Shown piece after piece: positions 15,208 to 23,300 of a DNA stretch of 30,060 nucleotides. Source of the stretch: an uncultured Candidatus Saccharibacteria bacterium (lineage in GTDB: Bacteria; Patescibacteriota; Minisyncoccia; Minisyncoccales; RBG-13-42-11). The translations under genes were made by a program, and so were the position numbers. The notes under the pieces were generated by a model. It was not told the origin of the DNA and searched no databases. It saw only the letters and a list, made by a program, of their open reading frames with translations. Numbering within the stretch: position 1 is the first letter of the stretch; the number at the start of each line of letters is the position of its first letter. Where the stretch lies: contig CAZLAP010000044.1 of NCBI GenBank assembly GCA_964557715.1, positions 1-30,060 on the forward strand, written 5' to 3'.

Positions 15208-15819
15208 ATGAAAAAATACGGAGAAATTAAAAATTTATCCTTCGGCACAGCTCAGGGCAAGCCCGAATTAAAGGGAATTTCTCAAAAGACCATTAACATT
15301 CATTGGGGAAAGCTTTATCGGGGATATGTTAAAAAATGGCAGGAGATTCAAGAAAAATTGAAAGGTATTGATAAGTCTTCGGCTAACGCCACTTTTTCCG
15401 ATTTGAGAGAATTGAAAGTTGAAGAAACATTCGCTGCCAACGCTGTTATTCTGCATGAGGCTTTTTTTGACGTATTGGGCGGTGAAGGAGTTGCCAAAGG
15501 AGAAATAGCGGAAAGGATTAAAAAAGATTTCGGTTCGTTCAAATCCTGGCAGGAGGAATTCAAGGTCTTGGGATTGTCTAGCCGCGGCTGGGTAATTCTG
15601 GCTTACGATTTTAACGAAGGAAGATTGAGAAATTATATTGCAGATACGCATAATTTCTACGGCATTTGGGGAGCAGCTCCTGTTTTAGTTCTGGATGTTT
15701 ACGAACATGCCTATTTCATTGATTTCGGCTCTGACAGAAAAAGTTATATTGAGGCATTTTTCCAGAACCTTGACTGGCAGGTGATCAATGAAAGACTCCT
15801 GAAAGCAATTAAAAAATAG
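15208..15819 (+). CDS. Fe/Mn superoxide dismutase
   Basis: IHWGKLY.GYV, N...LHE.FF, DFGSF..W..EF, DVYEHAY. Metal specificity cannot be decided from sequence alone here. Confidence 0.92.
   Translation: MKKYGEIKNLSFGTAQGKPELKGISQKTINIHWGKLYRGYVKKWQEIQEKLKGIDKSSANATFSDLRELKVEETFAANAVILHEAFFDVLGGEGVAKGEIAERIKKDFGSFKSWQEEFKVLGLSSRGWVILAYDFNEGRLRNYIADTHNFYGIWGAAPVLVLDVYEHAYFIDFGSDRKSYIEAFFQNLDWQVINERLLKAIKK
15238..15261. repeat. Short palindromic-type element inserted in frame in the SOD gene (encodes SFGTAQGK)
   Basis: TCCTTCGGCACAGCTCAGGGCAAG with TCCT/AGGG arms; 24 nt preserves the frame. It resembles CCCTTCGAC..GCTCAGGGCAAG repeats I recall from CPR genomes (unverified). Confidence 0.5.
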
Positions 15820-15872
15820 ATTTTTCTGTCGGAACTCTTAACAGGGCTTTTTGAGTTAGTTAATATTTACAG

Positions 15873-15891
15873 TATACCCTCCTATGGGGGT
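15873..15891. promoter_or_regulatory. CsoR operator-like C/G-tract site
   Basis: TATACCCTCCTATGGGGGT resembles the TAC-C-tract/G-tract-GTA architecture of CsoR operators and sits directly upstream of the csoR remnant and copA. Confidence 0.55.
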
Positions 15892-15900
15892 TGAGGATTA

Positions 15901-16077
15901 GACATTATCAAGTAGGACGAAGCAGTGATAGCCGCCATTAGAAAGACAAATCAAATAATTTTGGAAAATCATTTAAACACCTGCGTGAACGAGGCAATTA
16001 AAGAAAGAAGCAAAAAAGAAAGAAGAAAGAAAATCAAAGAGCTTTTAGAAATATTTAAAAATTCCGATAAAAAATAA
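15901..16077 (+). pseudogene. csoR: Truncated CsoR/RcnR-family copper repressor
   Basis: Frame reads DIIK*DEAVIAAIRKTNQIILENHLNTCVNEAIK...ELLEIFK*, the CsoR C-terminal half with HxxxC. In-frame TAG at 15913. The N-terminal half and first Cys are missing (TGA at 15892 in this frame). Confidence 0.8.
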
Positions 16078-16083
16078 AATAAT

Positions 16084-16766
16084 ATGGCTTGCTGTAATAA
16101 AAATAATCAAAAAACAGAAAATAAAAAAACAGAAAACAAAAGGGGATTTTGAGCGGGCTAATCTATGGTTTGCTGCCCCATATCGGCTGCATCGGTTTTA
16201 TTATTTTTTCCGTTTTAGGGGTGACTACAGCCACGGCTATTTTCAGGCCTTTATTGCTTAATCCTTATTTTTTTCACATTTTAATAGCTTTGGCTGTCTT
16301 TTTTGCCACCATTGCCGCCGCAATTTATCTTAAAAAAAATGGAATTTTCTCTTTCCAGGGAATTAAAAAAAAGAAAAGCTATCTTTTAACACTTTACGGA
16401 ACAACAATTGGCATCAATCTGTTTTTGTTTATGTTTGTTTTTCCAATTACCGCCAATGTTGACTCGGGCTTCAGCCTAACAGCTTCCTTAATTGGGGCGT
16501 TTGATGGCAGCGAAAAATTACAATTATCAGGTTCAGGGTCGCTGATAACTTTACAGGTAAACATTCCTTGCCCGGGGCATGCTCCTTTAATTACCGGAGA
16601 GCTTAAAAGAATTAACGGCGTAGAAAATATTATATTTAGATTCCCGAATTTGTTTGATGTGGGTTACGACCCGAAACAAACGTCAATTGAACAAATAGTG
16701 TCCTTGGATGTTTTTAATACCTATAAAGCAACGGTTGTAGAAGAAAAAAAGATTGATTATGAATAA
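16084..16766 (+). CDS. Membrane protein with C-terminal HMA-like domain (CPGH); apparent -1 frameshift near 16147-16150
   Basis: ATG 16084 frame reads MACC...KRGF* (TGA 16150). The main frame from TTG 16149 has PHIGC, about three TM helices and [10 protein letters not shown]...VGYDP. Confidence 0.65.
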
Positions 16767-18930
16767 GAAAGTTTTTAAAATTTCAGGAATGCATTGCGTT
16801 TCTTGTGCAAAAAATATTGAAAAAGAAATTAAAAAGATTTCCGAAGTTTCTTCGGTGCGGGTGGATTTTATCGGAGAAAAAATGTTTGTTGAGGGAGAAA
16901 ATTTTTCGATGGAAGAAATAAAAAAAAGGGTGGAGGGTTTGGGATACAGAGCTTTGAAGGGAGAAAAAGAAGCGGAAGCCAGCGAAACCGAACTGGAAGA
17001 GAAAAAGAGAATTAGGGATGCGAAAATGAGAGCAATTTTGGCTTTGGTGTTGGCAGTTCCTTTGATGGTAACAATGGTTTTTATGTATTTGGATAGGATA
17101 TTTTTCGGCCAGCTTTGGCTAGAAGCAATTTTAGCTTTTATCGTGGTTTATATTTTAGGCTGGAAAGCCCATGTTTCGGCTTTTCGAGCTGTTCGTCGGC
17201 TTTACGCCAATATGGATGTTTTGATTTCTTTGGGAACGACAGCGGCTTTTCTTTTTGGGATGGCTGCTTTTTTTGTTGAAGTGCCGGTCTTTTTTGAAAT
17301 TGCCGCCTTTATTATGGCTTTTCAATTATTAGGAAGATATTTGGAAGAAAAAGCCAAAGGGAAAACTTCAGAAGCATTGCGCCGACTTTTAAAACTGGAG
17401 GCAAAAACCGCCCGAATTCTGATAGATGGCGTCCGGGAAAAAGAAGTTCCGGTTGAAGAATTAAAAGCGGGGGATATCATGGTTGTCAGGCCGGGTGAAA
17501 AAATTCCAACTGACGGGAAAATAATTAAAGGGCAATCGTCAATTGACGAGTCAATGGCTACCGGAGAGTCACTTCCCGTTGAAAAAGCGCAGGGAGCAGA
17601 AGTAATTGGTTCTACTATTAATCAAGAGGGCGTGCTGAAAATAGAGGCAACAAAAGTTGGAAAAGACACTTTTTTTGCCCAAGTTGTAAGATTAGTTGAA
17701 GAAGCCCAGGGTAGCCGTATTCCTGTTCAGGAGTTTGCCGACAAAGTAACTTCTTTTTTTGTTCCAGTGATTCTTATTGTTGCTTTGTTGACAATTGTTG
17801 GCTGGCTTCTGGCCGGCAACTGGTTTGTGGCAATTGTGGCTGCTATAACCATGCTTATTATTGCCTGCCCTTGCGCTTTAGGATTAGCTACGCCAACCGC
17901 TTTAACGATTGGGATTGGCAGAGGAGCAACCCAGGGAATTTTATTCAGACGGGGAGAAGCAATTGAATTAATGGGGAAAACTAAAATAATAGTTTTAGAT
18001 AAAACGGGTACTTTAACTGAAGGAAAGCCGGCAGTTACCGATATTATTACTTTTGATCAAATTGAAAAAAATGAGCTTTTGCGCTTGACGGCGTCTGTTG
18101 AGGAGAGTTCCGAGCATCCTTTGGCGCAGGCGATTGTAAAGAAGGCCGAAGGAGAAAACCTTAAGTTGTTAAAAACGAAAAACTTTAAAGCTCTTTTTGG
18201 CAAGGGGATTGAGGCGGAAATAGAAGGAAAGAATATTTTAATTGGCAGAAGATTATTGATGGAAGAAAATAATGTTGACATTTCTCTGGCTGAAAAAATA
18301 GCCGACAAATTGGAAAGTCAAGGGAAGACAGCTATGTTGGCAGCGAGGGATAACAAAATTTTAGGGGTGATTGCCGTGGCCGACACATTAAAAGAAAAGA
18401 CCGAAGAGGCAATTCAACGGCTTCACGAAATGGGATATAAGTTAATAATGCTTACTGGCGACAATGAAGAGACAGCTAAAGCCATTGCCAAACAGATTGG
18501 AATAGACGAAGTAATAGCCGAAGTTTTGCCAGATCAAAAAGTGGATGCGATAAAGAAATTGCAAAAAGGAGGAAAAGTAAAGGTGGCTATGGTGGGTGAC
18601 GGGATAAACGATGCCCCGGCTTTAACCCAGGCCGATGTGGGGTTGGCGATCGGAACCGGAACCGATATTGCCATTGAAGCAGGAGAAATTACCCTCATTA
18701 GGGGAGATTTGAGGGCGCTTGTTGAATCCATAGAATTAAGCAAGGCAACTTTTAAGATTATTCGTCAAAATCTTTTTTGGGCTTTTTTTTACAATATAGT
18801 AGCTGTTCCGGCAGCCGCCTTGGGCATTTTAGCGACAATGATAGGCCCTGTTATAGCTGCGGCGGCTATGGCTTTTAGTTCCTTGTCTGTGGTTTTAAAT
18901 TCTTTGCGGTTGAAAAGAATAAAATTATAA
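16759..18930 (+). CDS. copA: Cu(I)-translocating P1B-type ATPase
   Basis: GMHCVSC HMA domain, [35 protein letters not shown] and MAFSS Cu(I) signatures. ATG 16759 overlaps the upstream gene. Confidence 0.95.
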   Translation: MNKKVFKISGMHCVSCAKNIEKEIKKISEVSSVRVDFIGEKMFVEGENFSMEEIKKRVEGLGYRALKGEKEAEASETELEEKKRIRDAKMRAILALVLAVPLMVTMVFMYLDRIFFGQLWLEAILAFIVVYILGWKAHVSAFRAVRRLYANMDVLISLGTTAAFLFGMAAFFVEVPVFFEIAAFIMAFQLLGRYLEEKAKGKTSEALRRLLKLEAKTARILIDGVREKEVPVEELKAGDIMVVRPGEKIPTDGKIIKGQSSIDESMATGESLPVEKAQGAEVIGSTINQEGVLKIEATKVGKDTFFAQVVRLVEEAQGSRIPVQEFADKVTSFFVPVILIVALLTIVGWLLAGNWFVAIVAAITMLIIACPCALGLATPTALTIGIGRGATQGILFRRGEAIELMGKTKIIVLDKTGTLTEGKPAVTDIITFDQIEKNELLRLTASVEESSEHPLAQAIVKKAEGENLKLLKTKNFKALFGKGIEAEIEGKNILIGRRLLMEENNVDISLAEKIADKLESQGKTAMLAARDNKILGVIAVADTLKEKTEEAIQRLHEMGYKLIMLTGDNEETAKAIAKQIGIDEVIAEVLPDQKVDAIKKLQKGGKVKVAMVGDGINDAPALTQADVGLAIGTGTDIAIEAGEITLIRGDLRALVESIELSKATFKIIRQNLFWAFFYNIVAVPAAALGILATMIGPVIAAAAMAFSSLSVVLNSLRLKRIKL

Positions 18931-19070
18931 AAGACCGCAGTCGTTATTTTGAATTAGTTTTACCGTTTTCAAAATGGTAATAATTTTTGAAAGCCACGCA
19001 AAAAGCCGTTTGTCAGAATAACTTTTTGTTTTTTTTCCTGAAACAGGTATAATGTTTTTATTGGGATTTT

Positions 19071-19394
19071 ATGGTTAATCTTACTGATGAAAATTTTGAA
19101 AAAGAAATTTCTGATGCGGGAAAACCTGTGCTGGTTGACTTTTGGATGCAGGGCTGCGGCCCTTGTTTTTTGTTGTCGCCCTTTTTGGAAAAATTGGAAA
19201 AAGAGTTTTCCGAGAAAATAATTTTTGCCAAAGTGAATTTTGAAGAAGCTCCTTTTGTTGTCCAAAAATACGGAATTAACGCTTTTCCGACAGTGGTTCT
19301 TTTTAAAGAAGGAAAACCTTTAAGCGGGTTTGTCGGCTTGAAGCCCGAACAGGCAATTAGAGAATGGCTTGAGGAAGCTTTAAAAAAATGGTAA
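19071..19394 (+). CDS. trxA: Thioredoxin
   Basis: VLVDFW..GCGPC, YGINAFPT. TATAAT at 19048-19053 upstream. Confidence 0.88.
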   Translation: MVNLTDENFEKEISDAGKPVLVDFWMQGCGPCFLLSPFLEKLEKEFSEKIIFAKVNFEEAPFVVQKYGINAFPTVVLFKEGKPLSGFVGLKPEQAIREWLEEALKKW

Positions 19395-19657
19395 AAAAAA
19401 TTGACGAGCTGATTAAAAAATACGAGCAATACGCGAAAAAAAACGGATTTTTTTTAAATCCTGACAGAAAAACATTAAGGGTCGTTGTTAAAAGCTTGTT
19501 GGAAAGAGAAAAAAAATTCGGTTCAAAATTTTGTCCCTGCCGGAGAATTACCGGCGTTCAAAAAGAAGATGAAAAAATAGTTTGCCCCTGCGTTTATCAC
19601 CTTCGGGAAATTAAAGAGCAAGGACGCTGTTTATGCGGATTGTTCGTTAAAAAATAA
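19388..19657 (+). CDS. Ferredoxin:thioredoxin reductase catalytic-subunit-like protein
   Basis: CPCR, CPC and CLC (a CHC variant) followed by GLF, the FTR beta-chain signature. Overlaps the trxA stop. Confidence 0.85.
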   Translation: MVKKIDELIKKYEQYAKKNGFFLNPDRKTLRVVVKSLLEREKKFGSKFCPCRRITGVQKEDEKIVCPCVYHLREIKEQGRCLCGLFVKK

Positions 19658-19693
19658 TAAAGGTCGTTTTACATTTTAATTATATATAAATTT

Positions 19694-20452
19694 ATGGATT
19701 TAAAAGAAAAAGTAGCCATTGTTACCGGAGCCAGAAGAGGAATGGGTAGAACCCATGCTTTGGCTTTGGCTCAAGCCGGCGCCAAAGTGGTTGTTTCAGA
19801 CATTTCGCAGGAAGAATGCGAACAAGTCGTTGAAGAAATTAAAAAAGCCGGAGGCGAAGCAATGGCTGTAAAATGCGATATTTCCAAAAAAGAAGAAGTG
19901 GACAGTATGATTAAAAAAACCGTTGACCAGTGGGGAAAAATTGATGTTTTGGTTAATAATGCAGGCATCTGCCAGTTCAAGCCTTTTCTGGAAATAACAG
20001 AAGAAGAATGGGATAGAACAATTGACATTAACCTTAAAGGGTATTTTCTTTGCGCCCAAGCGGCAGCCAAAGAAATGGTGAAGCAGAAATCAGGCTCTAT
20101 CGTCAACATTGCTTCAATTGCCATGGGCCAGGTGGGAGTAGGTTTTGCCACGCTCGCCCATTACTCCGCTTCAAAAGGAGGGATTGTTGCTATGACTGAA
20201 ACATTGGCAGCCGAACTGGCTCCTTATAATATTAGGATTAATGCCATAGCGCCCGGAGCCATTGAAACTCCCATGGTTGATCCTTTGAAGGCGGATGCAA
20301 AAACAATGGAAGCAACTTTAGCCAGAGTTCCTTTGCACAGAATGGGCAAGCCGGAAGAAGTTTCCAATGCGGTTTTGTTTTTAGCTTCTGACAAAAGTTC
20401 TTATATGACCGGTTCTACCGTAGTGGTTGACGGCGGCTGGCTGGCGGTTTAA
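19694..20452 (+). CDS. Classical SDR oxidoreductase (FabG-like)
   Basis: TGARRGMG, NNAG, NIAS, YSASK, INAIAPG, TG....VDGG. Confidence 0.9.
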   Translation: MDLKEKVAIVTGARRGMGRTHALALAQAGAKVVVSDISQEECEQVVEEIKKAGGEAMAVKCDISKKEEVDSMIKKTVDQWGKIDVLVNNAGICQFKPFLEITEEEWDRTIDINLKGYFLCAQAAAKEMVKQKSGSIVNIASIAMGQVGVGFATLAHYSASKGGIVAMTETLAAELAPYNIRINAIAPGAIETPMVDPLKADAKTMEATLARVPLHRMGKPEEVSNAVLFLASDKSSYMTGSTVVVDGGWLAV

Positions 20453-20664
20453 TGAAAAAAATCAACAAAAATACAACTTTAGCTGAAATTTTAAGTTATC
20501 CAGAGCTTGAACAAATTCTGGCAAAGTATAATTTGCCTTGTTTAAGCTGTCCCATGGCCCAGTACGAGGTTAAAAATTTAAAGCTTGGCGATGTCTGCAA
20601 AATGTACGGGATTGATGTTGAAAAACTTCTTAAAGACTTAAATAAAATTTACTCCGTTAAATAG
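20452..20664 (+). CDS. DUF1858-like small Cys protein
   Basis: I...TTLAEIL..PE...IL.KY.LPCLSCPMA..E...L...C..YGID. TAATG coupling to the SDR gene. Confidence 0.7.
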   Translation: MKKINKNTTLAEILSYPELEQILAKYNLPCLSCPMAQYEVKNLKLGDVCKMYGIDVEKLLKDLNKIYSVK

Positions 20665-20677
20665 TCGTTAACGGCAT

Positions 20678-20705
20678 TTGTGAAAAGTAATTTTTCCGGT
20701 ATAAT
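20678..20705 (+). promoter_or_regulatory. Sigma70 promoter, probably leaderless
   Basis: TTGTGA, 16-nt spacer, TATAAT ending 6 nt before the ATG at 20712. Confidence 0.5.
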
Positions 20706-20711
20706 AAAAAT

Positions 20712-21425
20712 ATGATAGGAAAAAACAATCAAATGATAATAGCTTTGTCTGTTATTGTTGCCGGCTTGCTGATAGCCGCAGCTATTGTTTTTATTAACCA
20801 AGAAAAAATAAAAGATTTAGCGGAAAATGAAATGTCTGCTGAAGCTGTTGCCGAAAAAGTAATAAATTTTATTAATAAAAGCTTTTCAGATTCAAGAATA
20901 ACAGCTTTTTTGGCCGGAGTTTCAGATGAAGGGAGTTTTTATAAAATTCATATAGGTTTGGAATTTCAAGAAATGGAAGGCGCAGCTGATGAATTTGACG
21001 TTTTTGCTTCAAAAGACGGAAAATTTTTCTTTCCTGAAGCATATGATTTGAATGAAGAATTTGTTTTGCAGGAAGAAGAAGAACTTTCTGAATTGCCTGA
21101 TATTGAAGCAGAAGATTTGGCAGAATTTGTAGAATGTTTGTCGGGAGTTAACTTTGTTATTTACGGAGCTAATTGGTGCGGTTATACCGCCAGCCTGGTA
21201 AATATGCTGGGCGGCTGGGAAGCGGTAGAACCGATTTATGTTGAATGCGTTGAACAGGAAGAGCTTTGCCAAGAAAAGCAGATTGCCGGATATCCGACAA
21301 TTTTGATAAACGGCGAATATTATCAAAAAGCCAGAACGTTTAAAGATTTCTCCGAAGCTACGGGTTGTCCTGTGCCGGCTGGCAGCGAAAATCAGAACAC
21401 GGCAAGCTATTCGGGAGGCTGCTAA
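20712..21425 (+). CDS. Membrane-anchored thioredoxin-fold protein (CGYT variant), paralog of 5012-5437
   Basis: N-terminal TM, acidic spacer domain, YGANWCGYT, YVEC...C...IAGYPT, TGC, and C-terminal GGC. Confidence 0.7.
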   Translation: MIGKNNQMIIALSVIVAGLLIAAAIVFINQEKIKDLAENEMSAEAVAEKVINFINKSFSDSRITAFLAGVSDEGSFYKIHIGLEFQEMEGAADEFDVFASKDGKFFFPEAYDLNEEFVLQEEEELSELPDIEAEDLAEFVECLSGVNFVIYGANWCGYTASLVNMLGGWEAVEPIYVECVEQEELCQEKQIAGYPTILINGEYYQKARTFKDFSEATGCPVPAGSENQNTASYSGGC

Positions 21426-21444
21426 CAAAAACATAAAACGCAAT

Positions 21445-21678
21445 ATGGTTAAGGTTTATATTACTCCAATTTGCCCCTATTGTTTTACTTTAAAGGAGTT
21501 CTTAAGGGAAAAAAACGTAAGGTTTGAAGAAATAGATGTTTCGCAGGACGAAAAAGCCCGCGATTACATAATAAAAAAAACCGGCAAAATGGAAGTGCCG
21601 GTAGTTGAGATAGGAGATGAGATTGTCTTGGGTTTTGACAAAGAGAAAATCATTAATCTTTTGAACATACATGATTAA
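21445..21678 (+). CDS. Glutaredoxin (NrdH/YruB-like)
   Basis: TPICPYC, EVPVVEIG...LGFD. Confidence 0.88.
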   Translation: MVKVYITPICPYCFTLKEFLREKNVRFEEIDVSQDEKARDYIIKKTGKMEVPVVEIGDEIVLGFDKEKIINLLNIHD

Positions 21679-22681
21679 AATTGCTATCAACGGTTTCGGC
21701 CGCATAGGTCGGCCGGCTTTCAGAAGAATAATTGACAATCATCCTAATCTGGAAGTAGGGGCGATTAATGATTTAACCGAGCCGAAAACCTTGGTTCATT
21801 TGCTGAAATATGATTCTCTTTACGGGATTTATAAAAAAAACGCGGAATTTAACGGAAAAGAGCTTTTGCTTGAGGGCGTTCGGCAGGGAAAAGGAGTGAA
21901 AATTCTGGCTGAAACCGACCCTTCAAAATTACCCTGGAAAGAATTGGGAGTTGATATTGTTTTAGAGTGCACCGGACGTTTTACGGATTATGAAGGAGCT
22001 GCGAAGCATATTGCGGCCGGAGCAAAAAAAGTGATAATTTCCGCTCCCTCAAAATCAGACAAAGTGCCTGCTTTTGTTCCAGGCGTAAATGCCAATGAAT
22101 ATGACGCGCAAAATATTGTTTCTATGGCTTCCTGCACCACCAATTGTCTGGCTCCGGTGGCCAAGATTTTAAACGACAATTTTAAAATTATCAGGGGATT
22201 TATGACGACTTCGCACAGCTATACCAATGACCAGAAAATTTTGGATTTGCCCCATAAAGATTTAAGAAGGGCAAGGGCCGCCGCTTTGAATATTATTCCG
22301 ACCACTACGGGAGCCGCCTCTGCCATAGGCAAGGTGATTCCCGAATTGGCAGGAAAATTGGACGGCATAGCTTTCAGGGTGCCGACGCCAACGGTTTCAA
22401 TTTTAGACTTAATTTGCCAGGTTGAAAAAGAAGTTTCCCCTGAGCAGGTTAATAAGGCTTTTAAAGAGTCTGCCAAGAAAGAACTGAAAGGAATTTTAGG
22501 AGCGGAAGAAGAAGATCTGGTTTCTTCAGACTTCAAAGGCAATCCTTTATCCGCTATTGTTGATTTGCAGCTGACAATGGTAAAAGGAAATTTAATAAAA
22601 GTGGTTGCTTGGTATGACAATGAATGGGCCTACGCCTGCCGTTTAGCGGAATTCGCCGAATACATAGGCAGGAAACAATAA
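21671..22681 (+). CDS. gap: Type I glyceraldehyde-3-phosphate dehydrogenase
   Basis: AINGFGRIGR, ASCTTNCLAP, NIIPTTTGAA, RVPTP, WYDNEW. Confidence 0.96.
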   Translation: MIKIAINGFGRIGRPAFRRIIDNHPNLEVGAINDLTEPKTLVHLLKYDSLYGIYKKNAEFNGKELLLEGVRQGKGVKILAETDPSKLPWKELGVDIVLECTGRFTDYEGAAKHIAAGAKKVIISAPSKSDKVPAFVPGVNANEYDAQNIVSMASCTTNCLAPVAKILNDNFKIIRGFMTTSHSYTNDQKILDLPHKDLRRARAAALNIIPTTTGAASAIGKVIPELAGKLDGIAFRVPTPTVSILDLICQVEKEVSPEQVNKAFKESAKKELKGILGAEEEDLVSSDFKGNPLSAIVDLQLTMVKGNLIKVVAWYDNEWAYACRLAEFAEYIGRKQ

Positions 22682-22695
22682 ACGGCTTAAAAGGG

Positions 22696-22717
22696 GTCGC
22701 CAAATTGGCGGCTTTTT
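22696..22717 (+). terminator. Rho-independent terminator, abutting an extended -10 (TGtTATAAT, 22717-22725) for pduL
   Basis: GTCGCCA-AAT-TGGCGGC stem followed by TTTTT. Confidence 0.65.
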
Positions 22718-22736
22718 GTTATAATTAATAAACATT

Positions 22737-23300
22737 ATGCAGGTTCCAATAGAAATATCAGCCAGGCATATTCATTTATGCCCGAAAGACTTGGAAATTC
22801 TTTTTGGCAAAGGATATTGCCTGAAAAAGAAAAAAGACTTGACTCAGCCAGGCGAATTTGCGGCCCAAGAAACTTTAGATATTAAAAAAGGAAATAAAGT
22901 TATAAAAAATGTAAGAATAGTGGGACCTTTGCGTTTCAAAACTCAAGTTGAATTATCCGCTACAGATTTTTTCGCTTTGGGCTTAAAAGTATTGATTAAA
23001 AAATCAGGGGATATTGACGGCACTCCGGGCGTTATTCTTTCAGGCCCCAAGGGAAAATTAAAATTAAAAAGAGGCGTAATTGTTCCCTGGCGTCATATTC
23101 ATATCGGTAAAAGAGAAGCGGAAAGAAAAAATCTGAAAAACGGTCAGATTGTTTCCGTAAAAGTAAAAGGGATCAGGTCGGTTATTTTTAATAACGTTAA
23201 AATAAGAACAGGAGACAGTTATAAGCTTTGCTTTCATTTGGATACTGACGAAGGCAATGCAGCCAATATTTCCACAAAAGGAAAAGGAGAGATAATATGA
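22737..23300 (+). CDS. pduL: PduL-type phosphotransacylase
   Basis: ISARHIHL, QPGEFAA, VRIVGPLR..TQVE, RHIHI, FHLDTDEGNA. Confidence 0.92.
   Translation: MQVPIEISARHIHLCPKDLEILFGKGYCLKKKKDLTQPGEFAAQETLDIKKGNKVIKNVRIVGPLRFKTQVELSATDFFALGLKVLIKKSGDIDGTPGVILSGPKGKLKLKRGVIVPWRHIHIGKREAERKNLKNGQIVSVKVKGIRSVIFNNVKIRTGDSYKLCFHLDTDEGNAANISTKGKGEII

Noticed and set aside
16110-16140. 15-bp tandem near-duplication (KTENK twice)
   Set aside because: Two copies in A-rich low-complexity coding DNA; ordinary slippage.
16141-16152. Programmed -1 ribosomal frameshift as in E. coli copA/copZ
   Set aside because: No X-XXY-YYZ slippery heptamer in the right frame; the P-site TTT would have to re-pair on ATT.
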